From Cyanidioschyzon merolae (Eukaryota), in assembly GCA_000091205.1 (NCBI GenBank), contig AP006493.2: a stretch of 64,000 nt of DNA; one strand, written 5' to 3'. Below are positions 10,187-22,160 of this stretch, piece after piece. A program made the position numbers and the translations under genes. Every line of letters begins with the position of its first letter. The stretch's first letter is position 1. The notes under the pieces are model-generated. The model saw nothing but the letters and a program-made list of their open reading frames with translations, searched no databases and was not told the DNA's origin.

Positions 10187-11896
10187 TTGCGCTGCATCGT
10201 TTCCAATGCGCCCTCGCCGTCGAGAGGCTGGGCGAATGCACCCGCGATGACATGCCTTTGGATTGCGATCTGTCCACTGGCCCGCATCCGATTTGTCGTT
10301 CAACTTGCTTCGTGTCCCGTTACTGAAGTATTTACGGGAAACCGGAACGCGTGGGGCTGCATAGCTCTCTACGATCTTTCAAGAAGTTATTTAGATTTCT
10401 CTGTCCAACCGTCCTGCAAGAAACGACGAGCCGTCGGTCTTGTTTTGCTTGGGGTGGGTTCTACGAACTCTGGCGCTACCCTCGGTGCCTTGGTCCAGCC
10501 TCGAGGCCCGCAAAACCGTTGTCCTTCCCGTAAAAACATATCGTGCGACGCTTTTGTCGCGACTCTGGGAGAACGGCGCGGGTCCGGGCTTTGCCAGACT
10601 GAGACTAACGCCTCGACAGACGCGACGAGCTTGAGAAGCCACGACAAAGTCCACGCTGCTCCTTCAAGAAACTCGGAGGGAAATACGCTTGCTTACTTCA
10701 TGGACAACAGAAATCTGTATTCGAGTGCTCTGGGGACGCGAATTTCGATTGAGAGCAAGGGTTCAGGCACCAACAGAGAACAGCCAGTGATGATCATGGC
10801 TGGAAACCCCCTTCGAGTACATGTCATAGATGATGATAGAATACCAACAGCTTCGATGCCGGGCGGTTTTTCCGCGCACGACGCGCCCCCGGGCCGAGGA
10901 CTCGCGTCGCACTCGACGGAACCACAGGCCTCGAGAAGCGTGTTTGCTGAAGGCAAATCCATCGTCACACCCAGCGAACGATATCGGAACGGGCATCAGG
11001 GGTCACATGTAGCGACTGGTATCCATACGGGTGACACGTTCCGCAGTGCGACGGCTCCACTCAGCAGGGATGGTGCCGGGCTGCCTGCCACCCGACCATC
11101 GTTCCCCATGCAACAGTCGTGGAAGGCCGGACCGCTCCGGCCCGCCGTTGCCGTTCACGATGGAGGAGACGTTTTCGAGTGGACTCAGCCAGATGCCCGA
11201 CAATCAATCAGATCTAATCAGATATCGCCGGTTTCCACCAGTGCGGAGTTGTCACCACCTATGACGAGAGTACCGACGCCGATTCCGCCCCCAGATCATA
11301 TTGAATGGAAACCGCCTTCGATGGCGACGGGCTCGCCGGTGACAACGTCGTCGTCACCTTCAGAACGTGCGCTCGATCGCTCACGGGGGCAACAGCGGGT
11401 TGTGCCGCACTCAGGCTGGGTCTCATTGGAGAGCGCGCTTCGAGCATCAATAGTTCCTGAACATCTACGCCTTCCGCGACTGCTCACCGAACAGCCGGTG
11501 CGAGCGGATGCAACCCGTACCCGATTCCTTGTACGCCTGCGTGTACCGTCAGAACTCGACGCCTTTAAGATCGCATCTATTTGGCGGAAACGGCAGGAAA
11601 CACGGTTCTGCCTCAACTGTGGAGTCAATGACGCGCCGAGCTGGCATCGGATGGAAGACGACGAGCTTGGTCTCATCGAAATCGGGGAAGGCTGGCTCAA
11701 CTCTCCGACGCTTTTGGCTCAAATCGCGGGTAGCCCAGGCAGAAGATTGCAAAGGGCGCAGTGCAATGCCTGCTGGAAATACAGCTCGCGTCACGGCGGT
11801 GAACAGAGACCACCGCGCCTGTGGAAAGGCTCAGAATTGGATCGCCTCCTCGGCCTCAGGGTCATGGAAGCCCAGTTGCGACTGTTTCAGCGTTAA
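10187..11896 (+). CDS. Low-complexity protein with a C-terminal GATA-type zinc finger carrying an expanded loop; start uncertain
   Basis: C-terminus FCLNCGVNDAPSWHRMEDD ... CNACWKYSSRHG matches GATA CxNC...LWRR...CNACGLYxKxHG, but with roughly 40 residues between the Cys pairs. The rest is S/P/R-rich. Confidence 0.4.
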   Translation: MRCIVSNAPSPSRGWANAPAMTCLWIAICPLARIRFVVQLASCPVTEVFTGNRNAWGCIALYDLSRSYLDFSVQPSCKKRRAVGLVLLGVGSTNSGATLGALVQPRGPQNRCPSRKNISCDAFVATLGERRGSGLCQTETNASTDATSLRSHDKVHAAPSRNSEGNTLAYFMDNRNLYSSALGTRISIESKGSGTNREQPVMIMAGNPLRVHVIDDDRIPTASMPGGFSAHDAPPGRGLASHSTEPQASRSVFAEGKSIVTPSERYRNGHQGSHVATGIHTGDTFRSATAPLSRDGAGLPATRPSFPMQQSWKAGPLRPAVAVHDGGDVFEWTQPDARQSIRSNQISPVSTSAELSPPMTRVPTPIPPPDHIEWKPPSMATGSPVTTSSSPSERALDRSRGQQRVVPHSGWVSLESALRASIVPEHLRLPRLLTEQPVRADATRTRFLVRLRVPSELDAFKIASIWRKRQETRFCLNCGVNDAPSWHRMEDDELGLIEIGEGWLNSPTLLAQIAGSPGRRLQRAQCNACWKYSSRHGGEQRPPRLWKGSELDRLLGLRVMEAQLRLFQR

Positions 11897-12429
11897 ACCG
11901 TGACGATGCGAATGCACACCTGTTTGAATAGGCGTGGGGTTCCTTCTCGCGATCGAGCGTGTCGGGGCCGCGGACCGAACGCAACATCATTATGTATGCT
12001 TCTAGGATCCGGGCTAAGACTGCCAGCGCAGCAGGTGCCACTCAAGCGTCACATTTACGCTTGCTTCGTGCACTCGGAACTCGACACGAAAGCATCGCTT
12101 TCAAGGCATTGCGCTCAGGTGTGTGTCTGTGCATCCATATAGGTGCGCGCACGGCTTCCCGCCAGTGCGATGATCACCGAGATCGCTGCGCGCCATCGCC
12201 GGCAGGAGGCGCCCCAGCAACACAGAGCATGGCCATGCGTTGCAGCAGCGGCAGGAGGCGCGCGCGCAGCATGATGCGCTGAATGGCTGCCCGACGGCCA
12301 GTGGCGAGGCCTGTCACGATCGCGACGATGGTGTGACAACCTCGCCAAGTCCAGGGCTGCGATAACCGCGCGCTCGCTTCACCTATTGAACGTTGGTTGT
12401 ACACGCGGTATTGTTCACGTTCAGTTAAA

Positions 12430-13074
12430 ATGGCTTTCGTGGGTACTCGTGTCGTCGCAAGTCGCTTCTTTGGGGCAGCGTCCAAGTCAAGTCCTGCACG
12501 ACGGGCGCGTTGTTTACGGAGTTGTCCTACGGTGAGGCGACCGGCGCTACAAACCGCTCGCCACGATGGTGTGGCGCTCGTCCAGATGAGTGCAACCTCG
12601 GAGCCGTTGACACTCAGTGAGGCGTCCGTGGAAGTCGTTCTCGATGAGTTACGGCCGTATTTAATGGCAGATGGAGGGAATGTGTCTATAGTGGAGATTG
12701 ACGGAGCGACGGTGCGTCTCAAGCTGGAAGGTGCCTGCGGGTCGTGCCCGTCGTCCACGATGACGATGAAGATGGGCATCGAAAAACGGCTTCGAGAGCG
12801 AATACCCGAGATAGAGTCGGTTGTTGCTGTGGAGGACGCGGGTGAGCAGCCGTCTTCCGAGGGTGTGGAACAAGTCCTTGACCAAGTGCGCCCGTTCTTG
12901 AAAATCGCGGGTGGCTCTATCGAACTGGTGTCCATGACGAACATAGACGGACCTGCACCAGTGGTGAACCTGCGCCTCATGGGCACTGGAGCGGCGATTC
13001 AGTCCGTGAAAGTGGAGATTTCGAGTCGAATTCGCAGGCGGTTTCCGCGCATAGCACAGATCGTTTTCACCTGA
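12430..13074 (+). CDS. NFU/NifU-like iron-sulfur scaffold with two tandem Nfu domains (first with CxxC, second degenerate) and an N-terminal presequence-like region; plastid-type architecture
   Basis: First ATG at 12430 (the track start at 12397 is TTG). Domain 1 VLDELRPYLMADGGNVSIVEIDGATVRLKLEGACGSCPSS. Domain 2 VLDQVRPFLKIAGGSIELVS lacks CxxC. R/S/A-rich N-terminus. Confidence 0.75.
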   Translation: MAFVGTRVVASRFFGAASKSSPARRARCLRSCPTVRRPALQTARHDGVALVQMSATSEPLTLSEASVEVVLDELRPYLMADGGNVSIVEIDGATVRLKLEGACGSCPSSTMTMKMGIEKRLRERIPEIESVVAVEDAGEQPSSEGVEQVLDQVRPFLKIAGGSIELVSMTNIDGPAPVVNLRLMGTGAAIQSVKVEISSRIRRRFPRIAQIVFT

Positions 13075-15018
13075 ACAGAGGTTCGTGCGCATCGACACCC
13101 CTGATGTTTCTGATTCGTCACCTGAAGAGAAACACAGAGACGTCTTCGAAACCTGGCGTCGTCGTCGTCGTCAACAACAGCGCCCAGGAATTCGCTGCTT
13201 TAGTTTTACGTATAAACAAGCGGGTCGTTGCAGCGGGGCGCGCAACGCACCATGCCATCGAGCGAGACACGCTTCCGCGGAACACGCGCTACACATGCGA
13301 CTCAGAGTAAAAATGGAACAATGAACTGGTTGCGCTGTTGCTGCCGATCGAACTCTTTTACATATACAGCCTCAACATTTGAACTGCAGGCAAAAAGGCT
13401 TACGCGCACATATGTAGCTTTAGGATTTTCGGTCGTGTATTTTGGTGTGGATCCTTGGACGCCTTGCAACTGGAATTTGTTACGTCACCGGAATGGCGAT
13501 GATTCGCGACATTTTCGAACAAGGGTTTGTAAAATAAACGATGTCATTATTCCAACCATACATGCTAGACTCCATTCTTCTAACATCCCTATTTGTGGCA
13601 GGATGGAGCATGTATGCTTCAGGTTTCCGATCTGTCTGCCTCAAGTTCAATTGTGGGCGCAACCATTCGCGCCGCTAGACTCACGAGGAACGCAAAACTC
13701 GACGACGTCGTCGTCGCTTGAGGGCGTCCTCACGTGCTCATGCCGCAAGTCCATTTAAGTTGGCATATCGACGAAACGCCTCCAGCGGAGAGTGCGTCAT
13801 CGCATTGCTCGGAAGGAGCATGAACCGATCGAGATTTCTCAACTTGTTTTCCAGCCTGGATTCTAATTCGGATGCTTAATTCCCCATGGACCATATCACG
13901 TACCACAATACCTCCACCGAATGGAACAGCGTACTTGCCGGGGGCATCGCCAGTGAGAAGCACGTGATCGTAGCATACGACAGCGGGTGCGAAAACGGAA
14001 GAGGGTATCGACGGGAGCCTTCCATACCCGTCAATAGCGTGTAGGGACGGACACAGAAAGCCTTCACGCACCACAGGGTGACTCTCGGAGGCGAATGAGG
14101 TGCTGTGGACCTATGCAAACCCCTGAACGCCGTCAAGTGTCGCCGCTCCGAAAAGCGCACCGCAGCTGCATCCAAAGAAGATGGACATGAGAAGCGAAGT
14201 GTAGATCTCTATTTCCATCGGTCCATGAAATGCATCGACAACGGCCCGAATCTTCCACATTGGAGCTTGCACGCTGGGATCAATAGCGTTCGACCGCTGA
14301 CAAGCGGACTGGCGAGACCAGCGTACGTAAAGCCGGCGATAGCAAGTAGGACAAGGAAGCGATCGCGGAAATCGCTCGCAAAGGCTGCAGTTGATGACAC
14401 GGCGACGCTTCGCAAGCTTTTGTTTGTTCGCCCGTGTTGGCTGTGTGTGAGTTCATTCCACGCAAGTCTCGCATGTGTGTATCACGCTGCACGAGCGCGC
14501 CTCATTCGGTCAACAGGTATGCGATACCGTTGCTGAACGCTCGCTACATCCAAACCGTTCGCGGGTCCACGGGGCAATGATTTTCTTGACTCCATACCAA
14601 GCAAGTATTCGAGGCAGCCAGTACCGGGATGCTGTGCAAGTCTCCACGCCTGCCGTCGCGCCGCCTCAGCCGCTGATTTCTGTTCGTACGGTACCCTGGG
14701 ATGCACTGGTGCACGCTGTCAACCAAGGTCTGCGCAGCGTGTGCACCCATGCCACTTGTCAATCACCGGTTTGCAGCGCGTTGCAAATCCTTTCCAGCTG
14801 CACGCTGCAAAAAGCAGAACGATTCATTTACTCACAGCATACCCTTCGAGAAGAAATCTACTGAAACGGATACATACCGCTGCTGGCGGCTTCCAGATAA
14901 TACTATGGATGCAGCGGAGAAAAAAGGCACTCGCTGCCCGAAACGCGATTTCACCGACTCTGCCTCGCTACAGATGCCGAGTTACCGGGGGCATCGGCGC
15001 TCATGCGCTGCCGCCTGT

Positions 15019-16158
15019 CTATTGCGGATTCGCCTGAACCCCATCCACGTTGTAGAGCCGCTCCCAACTGATACCGAGCTCACCCAGGAGAAACGATGTC
15101 TGCGGATTCGGCGCCGTTTCATTTCCGTATCCCGGTGCTGGTGTCTCGGACGCTCGCTTCTGTCGAGTGCTTTCAAATACGCGCTGCAAAGCTGCCAGAC
15201 TGATCGAGCCGCTCGGTTCCCGCTCGCCTCGATAATGGCGCTGTACGCAACGAAGCCACCGCAGATCATATTCCATATCTGACACCGGATCAGCGGATTC
15301 GGCGCCCGGTAACTCAACGAACGTGAGGAACGGACACCCGGGAAGCGTCTGATCCAAAGCAGTAAAGGAGGTACCCTGTGGTGTTGATGCCGCAAACCGG
15401 CAGTGATGGTGCGCCGCAAACCAGTACCGGGGAGCGGCGCTGCTCTCCATGAGTTCCGCGAGGGCCGGCGACCCGTCTATACCGCGCTGGTGTGCCCGTT
15501 GCATCCACTGCTTGCGCGTCCACAGCGTGGAGCAGTCACCGTACGCCATGACACCACGCGGCCAATCATGAGATAGGAAGACATGGCACCGGTCCCGAGA
15601 AGCGATGTCGGTCTCCGGAGAAAACGAACCACCATAGAACGCGTTCCAGTGGAGTGCATGCAAAAGCAGACGCCATTCGGTCTTGCGCGTGTGATACACA
15701 GTGTGAATCTGTGAACCATGGAGAAGGACGCCTTCATCACGCGGTCGAAAATAATCTTTCGGGTAGTAAATGCCGCTGATACCGCCAATTCGATAGTCAT
15801 GACGGGCATTGCGCAGGATCCCCGCTCGACCGAGGTAGAAGATTCGCGGTGCAACCCAGCCTCCGAGCGGGATCTCCTGCAGATAACGCGAGGCCTCGTG
15901 ATTCCCGCCAATGAATATGGTAAGGCAGGGCGCGGTCTTCTCGCCGGAGTAGTATTTGGGAAAGTCCCCAAGTTCCCGATACTGACGCGGACATGACATG
16001 CTTTTGAGGTCCTCCTCATCGCGGATGCTTTGAAAGTCTCCGCAGCATAAAAGGAGCTTACATTGGATGCCCCGTGTGTGCGTTTCTTCGATAAACTGCT
16101 CGTAGAGAAAGTCCAGTCGTCCGTGGACGCAACCGGCAACACCGAGCCACACCATCAA
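15019..16158 (-). CDS. RNA lariat debranching enzyme DBR1 (metallophosphoesterase)
   Basis: N-terminal VAGCVHGRLD, LLLCCGDFQSIRDEEDL and TIFIGGNHEASRYL match the Dbr1 motifs GCCHGELD, CCGDFQ and GGNHEAS. Confidence 0.8.
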   Translation of the reverse strand: MMVWLGVAGCVHGRLDFLYEQFIEETHTRGIQCKLLLCCGDFQSIRDEEDLKSMSCPRQYRELGDFPKYYSGEKTAPCLTIFIGGNHEASRYLQEIPLGGWVAPRIFYLGRAGILRNARHDYRIGGISGIYYPKDYFRPRDEGVLLHGSQIHTVYHTRKTEWRLLLHALHWNAFYGGSFSPETDIASRDRCHVFLSHDWPRGVMAYGDCSTLWTRKQWMQRAHQRGIDGSPALAELMESSAAPRYWFAAHHHCRFAASTPQGTSFTALDQTLPGCPFLTFVELPGAESADPVSDMEYDLRWLRCVQRHYRGEREPSGSISLAALQRVFESTRQKRASETPAPGYGNETAPNPQTSFLLGELGISWERLYNVDGVQANPQ

Positions 16159-17439
16159 CGCGCTGTACGCGGCGGATACGCGTGTTGTACGAGTCGAAGC
16201 GTCCGCAGGTAGACGTCTTATCGAGAGCGCTGCCTTGTACCAGCGGGCGCTTTTGATGAAGCACGCGACCTTGGGTAGAGCGGCGGAGCTGCTGTAGCTG
16301 CCCGGGCCTTTGTCCTCCAGAGACAGCGTAGTGTGCGCGCAGGCTTGCGTGTCACGCTATGGTCCTCGACTCGAGCACCGTTGTGCTGCTTTCGAATCGG
16401 GCTCTGGTGGACGCTACGCCGTTCACTGACCTAAACAGCTAGCTACCTCGTCGGAAACCTGCTCGAATACGAGCGCTGACACTGCCAACTTGGAGGAGCC
16501 TGGTCCCCAGCTGACTCGAGGAGTCGCGGGCGACGTCCAAGGCACGTCTCTGTCAACTGTTTAGTCCGTTAAACGACGAGCCCGAACTTTCGTGAAGAGC
16601 CCTCGCGTTTTTTCTTGTCAACGAGCTTGGACGACAGATCTGGGGTACCTGAGCGCCCAGACCATGAGCAGAGCTGTACCTGCAGCGCCTCTGGCTACCA
16701 GCGGTTGACAGTGCAGCGAAAGCGAGTATCCAATGCCGTGCCGTACCGCACCGCACCGCACCGTTCTTTACCGAGTAGTGTAGTGCAGTGCTCTCTGACG
16801 CTCAGAGGAGAAGACTTTAGCGAAACTCACTGCTGATGCCGACGCTATGGTGTTCTGGGAAAGATGGTCAGGTCGTTGAGTTCGGTATGAGACGCGCTAG
16901 GCACTCGCGAAACTTTACTGAGAGCGTTCTGTGTTGCGGAGAGACCTGGTTCCAGCGAAAAGACCTCCGCGCTAGTCGAAATGGCTGGACTCGCGGGTGC
17001 ATCAAGGGAACACGATTTCAGAAGACGGTCGACTAAGAGACTATTTACCTGCACAGGTTTCTTTCGTTTGTGTATGCTTTCAGAGAACTGCAGCTTGCCT
17101 GCATCGCCACGTTTTCCAGGACACAGCGTTTTCAATTCGAGCAGCGAGTTTGAGAGTACTTGCACCAGCGAACCTTTTCTCTGTTTCTATTTTTCTCGCA
17201 GGAATCGAAGAATGGGACGCCACTTTCCCAGAGTGAAGAAGGTTTCCGGAAAGAGTTTTATTCTGCCACTTGAAGCTTGCGAAAAAACGGCAATACTTCC
17301 ATGATTCTGTCATTCTGAGGTCAGCGAGTGGATGGACCACCCTTTCCGTAGTCCCGTGTTCTGAGCATCATGCACCGGCATCAGAACTTTTTACATGTTA
17401 GCGACACGACTGTATCCTCGAAACCCCATTCCACATCAC

Positions 17440-17760
17440 ATGTTCTCGTAGAAAGATTATGGAGCATGCCACAGGGTCTGAAGTTTCTACACTCATGCTA
17501 CGAACCGCGGTTTGGAGACACGGAGGCACAATACGTCCGCCTCTGTTGAGGATTGTGATGCATTGACTACCCCGCTATCGATGACGTATGAAACGCGAAT
17601 GCTTCCAACAGCAGCGACGGGTGCTCGTCTTGCTCAGTCAAACTTCCTTCAGATGCAATGGTAGACCTGGATATGGGTACTCAAAAAAAGGGAAAACCGC
17701 TGTTTGTAAAGGAAAGACACGCGAAAATGCCGAGAATATCATCCGTCGCAGCCATTCCAT
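17440..17760 (+). repeat. Diverged dispersed repeat (family R2), copy 1; boundaries approximate
   Basis: Blocks such as cacagggtctgaagtttc and gatgcaatggtagacctggatatgggtactcaaa align with 28140-28440 (cacaggatgtgaagtttc and agaaatggtagacatggacatgggtactcaaa). Confidence 0.35.
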
Positions 17761-20478
17761 CGCATAGGCACCTCTGAATCGCCAACTAGATAGGATCCTT
17801 CAAGACATCATCCTTCGTTGAAGCATTCTTCGCGGCTTCTGCCTCGCACATACCTCTGTCCTGCTGTTGGACAACGTCGCCGTCCATCGCGAGAAAAAAC
17901 CCGGTCAAGGCATACGCAGCTGTGATTGGCGTTGAGCTGCTGATAGCACCAGCCTATGCTCTTTGGTTCAATTGAGTCGAAGGCGTCTCGTCGGTTGTCG
18001 AACGCAAGGTCAACGCGCACGGTCCAATAGACGAGTCGTTCGCATTCGCGTAAACGAATGGTGCGGGACGCCACCAGGGACCGTATAGCGTCGTACGCGA
18101 GGAGTTCTCGCCTAGCTTCTATCGCCCTGAAGCACCTCGGTAAGGAAACGTTCGTGAGCGTTACGGACGGAAGGCTGCACGCTGTGAATATTCCTATGGA
18201 ATTTTTGGATCGGCCCGACGTGCGACAGCACACTTGATGCAGGAAGTGAAGATGCGATGCAGTAGGGGGGTAGGACCAGGGATTGGCGCAGGTGCTTCCC
18301 AGAATAACTTGACACGTCACCACGCGACGTCGAAGATCGAAAAACCTAGAATGCATATGCGAAGTGCCATCAGACCAGGTTCAAGGATGCAAAGCGTATG
18401 CAGGTGAATCCGGAACGCTTCCCAATGCGCACTCTCTAAGCATTGTACGCGGTGGACCCTCATTATCGTATCGCGACAGAGAGGGCGACTGTCTGCAGGG
18501 ATCCCCAGCTTATCGATGGAGGCAAGCGACGGCCTGGTGATGTCTAAAGAGCTCGCGGTAGTACTGAGTTCTGGTTCGTATCGTCTGTGCTCATAGGGTT
18601 GCTCTCGACCTCGGACCGCCGCACATTGCATCCAAAGGACAGTGGAAACGTGATACCCACGTTTCGTGGATCTCGCGCAAATACGTTTTCCTGAACAAGG
18701 CTCCTCGACGCGATACAGACTTCCTCTCTCGATCCGAGCGTCGTATCCTCCTCAAATGACTATGCGATGTGGCCCATATTTCGGGAGATTAAGGCCCATT
18801 ATACCGCCGTAGGCGATTACCTACTGCACTGTGGAGCTTCCTCGATGGGGTACGGCCTGTCTCTGGGTATAACAATGCTGTGCTCGACCGAATTCGTCAA
18901 ATGCGGTAGCGAAGCGCGTTTATGGACGCTCGTATACTGAAAAGTATCGGAATGAATTGTACACGGACGATGAATACCAGAGAAATCTCAGTCTGAATAC
19001 AGTTCGTAAAACCAAGGCCTGACTAAAACAACAAGACTCAATTTTCAGCGGTAAGTGCAGGGAAAGACGTGGTGATACGCGTGGATCCCTGGTTGAAGAG
19101 CATCATGGCCGTCGTGGTACCTCTATATCAAGAGTGCGGTTCCAAAGACCCGGCAGACAAACAGATCAAGCTCCTCGACTTGTTCTGAGTTCAAACTGAT
19201 CGAGATTCGGGCATCACAGACGCCGTGGTGCATACCAACAACTAGAGTAAAGACTTGGCATTCATCTGGGCGGGGTCAGACCCGTGTCGAGCATCGGACG
19301 ATGCTTTGTGCGCTTCATTGCAAGAGTACGTGAGCGTGCATACGGTTCATGCAGACCATCCCTAGCACAAGTACACCAGACCGCCTTGAGGTCGCCAGCG
19401 GTTTCCGTTCTACGGAGGCATGAAGCGTGCTTTCGCGAACTTGTTCAATCAATTGGAAAACAAAATTACCGACGATTTGCTTCGTCTGGCGGCGGCTTCT
19501 CGCCCTTGACATGCTGCACTCCTGATCCTTCGACGAGAGCGTAGAGCGAATGCAGGACTCGATGCCCTACGTGTCCCGTCGAGGCATCACGACGACGTCA
19601 ACGCATCACGAGCACGGCTGCACGCTGAAACTGATGGGCGAGAACAGCATGAGAAAGAGACGGATACACGAGCTGGTGCACGTTGAGCAAGCCGAACGTC
19701 AGCTGGCGAGGTTATCGAATGTAAGCAGCTTGCTATGGCGTGATTCTACCAGCGACCGTGCGCGCAAGCACTTTCTGCCCCTGGACTTGAACACATCCCT
19801 CAACGTCTAGAAAAGCGTCGCGCTGCTGGAGCGTCCGGCGTTCTAGTGTCCAGCGAGCTTTTCAGACACGGAATCGTTTCGTCGTTTCTATAGACATTGT
19901 GCTGAAATGCCGGCGACTAGAAATGGAATAAACCAGTGTTCAGAAGAGAGGACACTGGCTTTCCGTATTGAGTAAGGCATTGGTGGGCCATGGTCCAGCG
20001 ATCGAGAAATGCTGAAGCGTGGTATACTTACTCCGGGAACATTTCTCCAAGGCAATTGATGAATGTTCATGATCTCCCGCGATTCGGTATTACTGAGTAG
20101 AGCATGCCCACGCGCTGGCGCTGTAGCTAGGTGCCTGTAACGAAGAGAGCGCCGTCGCTCCCGTTATCTTTGCCAGCGCTCCAGATCACCTGATACCCCT
20201 GATTTCCTGCATACCAATCTACAAAACGTCTCTTTTGGCGCAGAAACCTATTCGACTATATCGAGGTTTTGGTGTGGAAGCAAAACGTATCCGCGTCCAG
20301 AACTGACGCATGGACATCGATTGGGTTCCAAGCGTACGCGCAACACATGGACAGCGTTTCGTTGCTCAGGCACGATACGAATCCAAAACCGCGTACGCAT
20401 ACCGAGGATATCTTGGGGATGCGCGCTGAGGCAGCGGCTGCACTTAATGCACTCGGCACACATAACAGGAGGCTTCAA

Positions 20479-21798
20479 CTAGTCGCGCGGTATCCGAGTG
20501 TCCTCCGCCCAAGGCCGTTGAGTTTTGGTTGGTGTCGGCTGCACAACGAGCGCTTGCGTCCGATCCAGTACTCCAGCTCGCGACTGATTCCATGGATATG
20601 GCTCCTCCTCGAATGCCGCCCGTTGAAGTGTTTCGCGCTTGGGCAAGCGCTCCGCCGCTACGCATTGGAATCGAATCGCTGAGATGGCAAGCGGCGGACT
20701 GCAACGCCCATCATCGTATTCCAGTTGTACGGTATCGATCGGATGTCCCCAGACCCGTCGAATAGTTGCGTAGAACACGACTTGGCAGTCGTCATCCATT
20801 TGCAGGACTCGCGTATGCAGCCAATGACCGGTTTCAGCGCGCTCCGCCAGCATCAGCTTTCCAAGCGGGTCTTGGAAACCGCCGTTTGGGGACGGCTCCA
20901 CATTGGCCCAGAAGCCTTCGATTCCATCTGTGGTCCGTATCCAGAAGCGATTGCTTTCACGGTAAAAACCGCAAACGCAAAGGAATTGCGGGGCTTTTAG
21001 CGCCTCCGGAAACAGAAGCTGACTGCAAATGGCACTTTCGTTGCTGCTTGCGAACGTGTGGATCGTCACTGGTCCCCAAAACCGGATCCACGAACATTGC
21101 CAGTTCTTTCGACTCCACACCAAGCGAAAGCGTCTGGTACCATGGTGTGTGTCGTAAATGCGTTGCGCGGGCGGAGTGTTGCACATCGCGCCAGCTCCTG
21201 CTGAGTCATTTGCTCTTTGCTGCTGGGTTACTTCTCCGAACCGTCTCGGAGAGCAACCTGAAGGAGACTCGGGCACTGTCGACGCATGCTCCTCAGATGT
21301 CTGCAGCGCAACGGACTGCTGTGTGGGCTCAGCGCTGAGCGTGGTCGCGCTGCCGCTGTCGCTCTGGTCCGTCGCCTTGCTCGTGCCTGTCGCCGTCTCA
21401 GAAGCACTGTTCGGCGATAGGCTGGAGCATATCTGTGCCAGAGACCCCTCTACGTCGCGAACACGACAGTGAAGTTTTACCAGACTATTTTCTAGCGCTT
21501 GCACAAGCATCCACAGCTTCTGTTGCTGTTGCTCCAGCGCACGAAGGCCTTGGATGCGTACCACGTACTCATGAGGTACCTCAGACGCTGCACTATTCCC
21601 GCAAACGTCTGTAACTAGCTCGACTGGACACTCATGCGACGAGACCTTGTCGGCCGTAGGCGAGCCGTTTGCGATTTCAAAGAACGTAACCGCATCACGA
21701 GAGCGTTTGCGAGCGCTGACACCACGTCCCGGTCTCTGACGACGCACGACTGGAGTACGGTTCGCGATTAGCGGCTGCGGCTGCGCACCCGTCAACAT
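20479..21798 (-). CDS. Hypothetical protein with a Q-rich coiled-coil N-terminal half and a W/F-rich conserved-looking C-terminal domain
   Basis: 439-codon open frame. No family recognised by eye. Confidence 0.3.
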   Translation of the reverse strand: MLTGAQPQPLIANRTPVVRRQRPGRGVSARKRSRDAVTFFEIANGSPTADKVSSHECPVELVTDVCGNSAASEVPHEYVVRIQGLRALEQQQQKLWMLVQALENSLVKLHCRVRDVEGSLAQICSSLSPNSASETATGTSKATDQSDSGSATTLSAEPTQQSVALQTSEEHASTVPESPSGCSPRRFGEVTQQQRANDSAGAGAMCNTPPAQRIYDTHHGTRRFRLVWSRKNWQCSWIRFWGPVTIHTFASSNESAICSQLLFPEALKAPQFLCVCGFYRESNRFWIRTTDGIEGFWANVEPSPNGGFQDPLGKLMLAERAETGHWLHTRVLQMDDDCQVVFYATIRRVWGHPIDTVQLEYDDGRCSPPLAISAIRFQCVAAERLPKRETLQRAAFEEEPYPWNQSRAGVLDRTQALVVQPTPTKTQRPWAEDTRIPRD

Positions 21799-22160
21799 GC
21801 ACCTGGTGCGGCGCGTTCTAGCAACCGCCTGTAAGTCTGGCCCTGAACGCTGCTCACCGCCGAAACAGCTTCATAAGCATCCACGCGCCAGATACGCTTC
21901 CCGTCGATGATGCAGTCGGTGCATCGTCGGCTGTAGCATCGCCCGTGTGCATCTGGGGGCGGAGATGATAATGCCGCCAGGGCGCCTGCAGGATGCAGTG
22001 CGCACGGCTCCGGCAACGCGAAGGCTCTATATGCCGCCTCCGTGACGATTGCGCGCTGGAATCGCGGATCGCGCGCACCATCCGATCAACACGCGCTCGG
22101 GCGATATTTCTCATATATTGTCCGTTTAGTATAGAAAGGTATGAAATATGGTAGGCACGT

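Noticed and set aside
12174-12986. 270-aa ORF on the minus strand
   Set aside because: It is antisense to the well-supported NFU gene and has no recognisable domain. Spurious long antisense ORFs are expected at this GC content.
15477-16142. 221-aa minus-strand ORF in an alternative frame over DBR1, and the plus-strand ORF 14701-15282
   Set aside because: They overlap the DBR1 frame, which carries clear metallophosphoesterase motifs. The alternatives have none.
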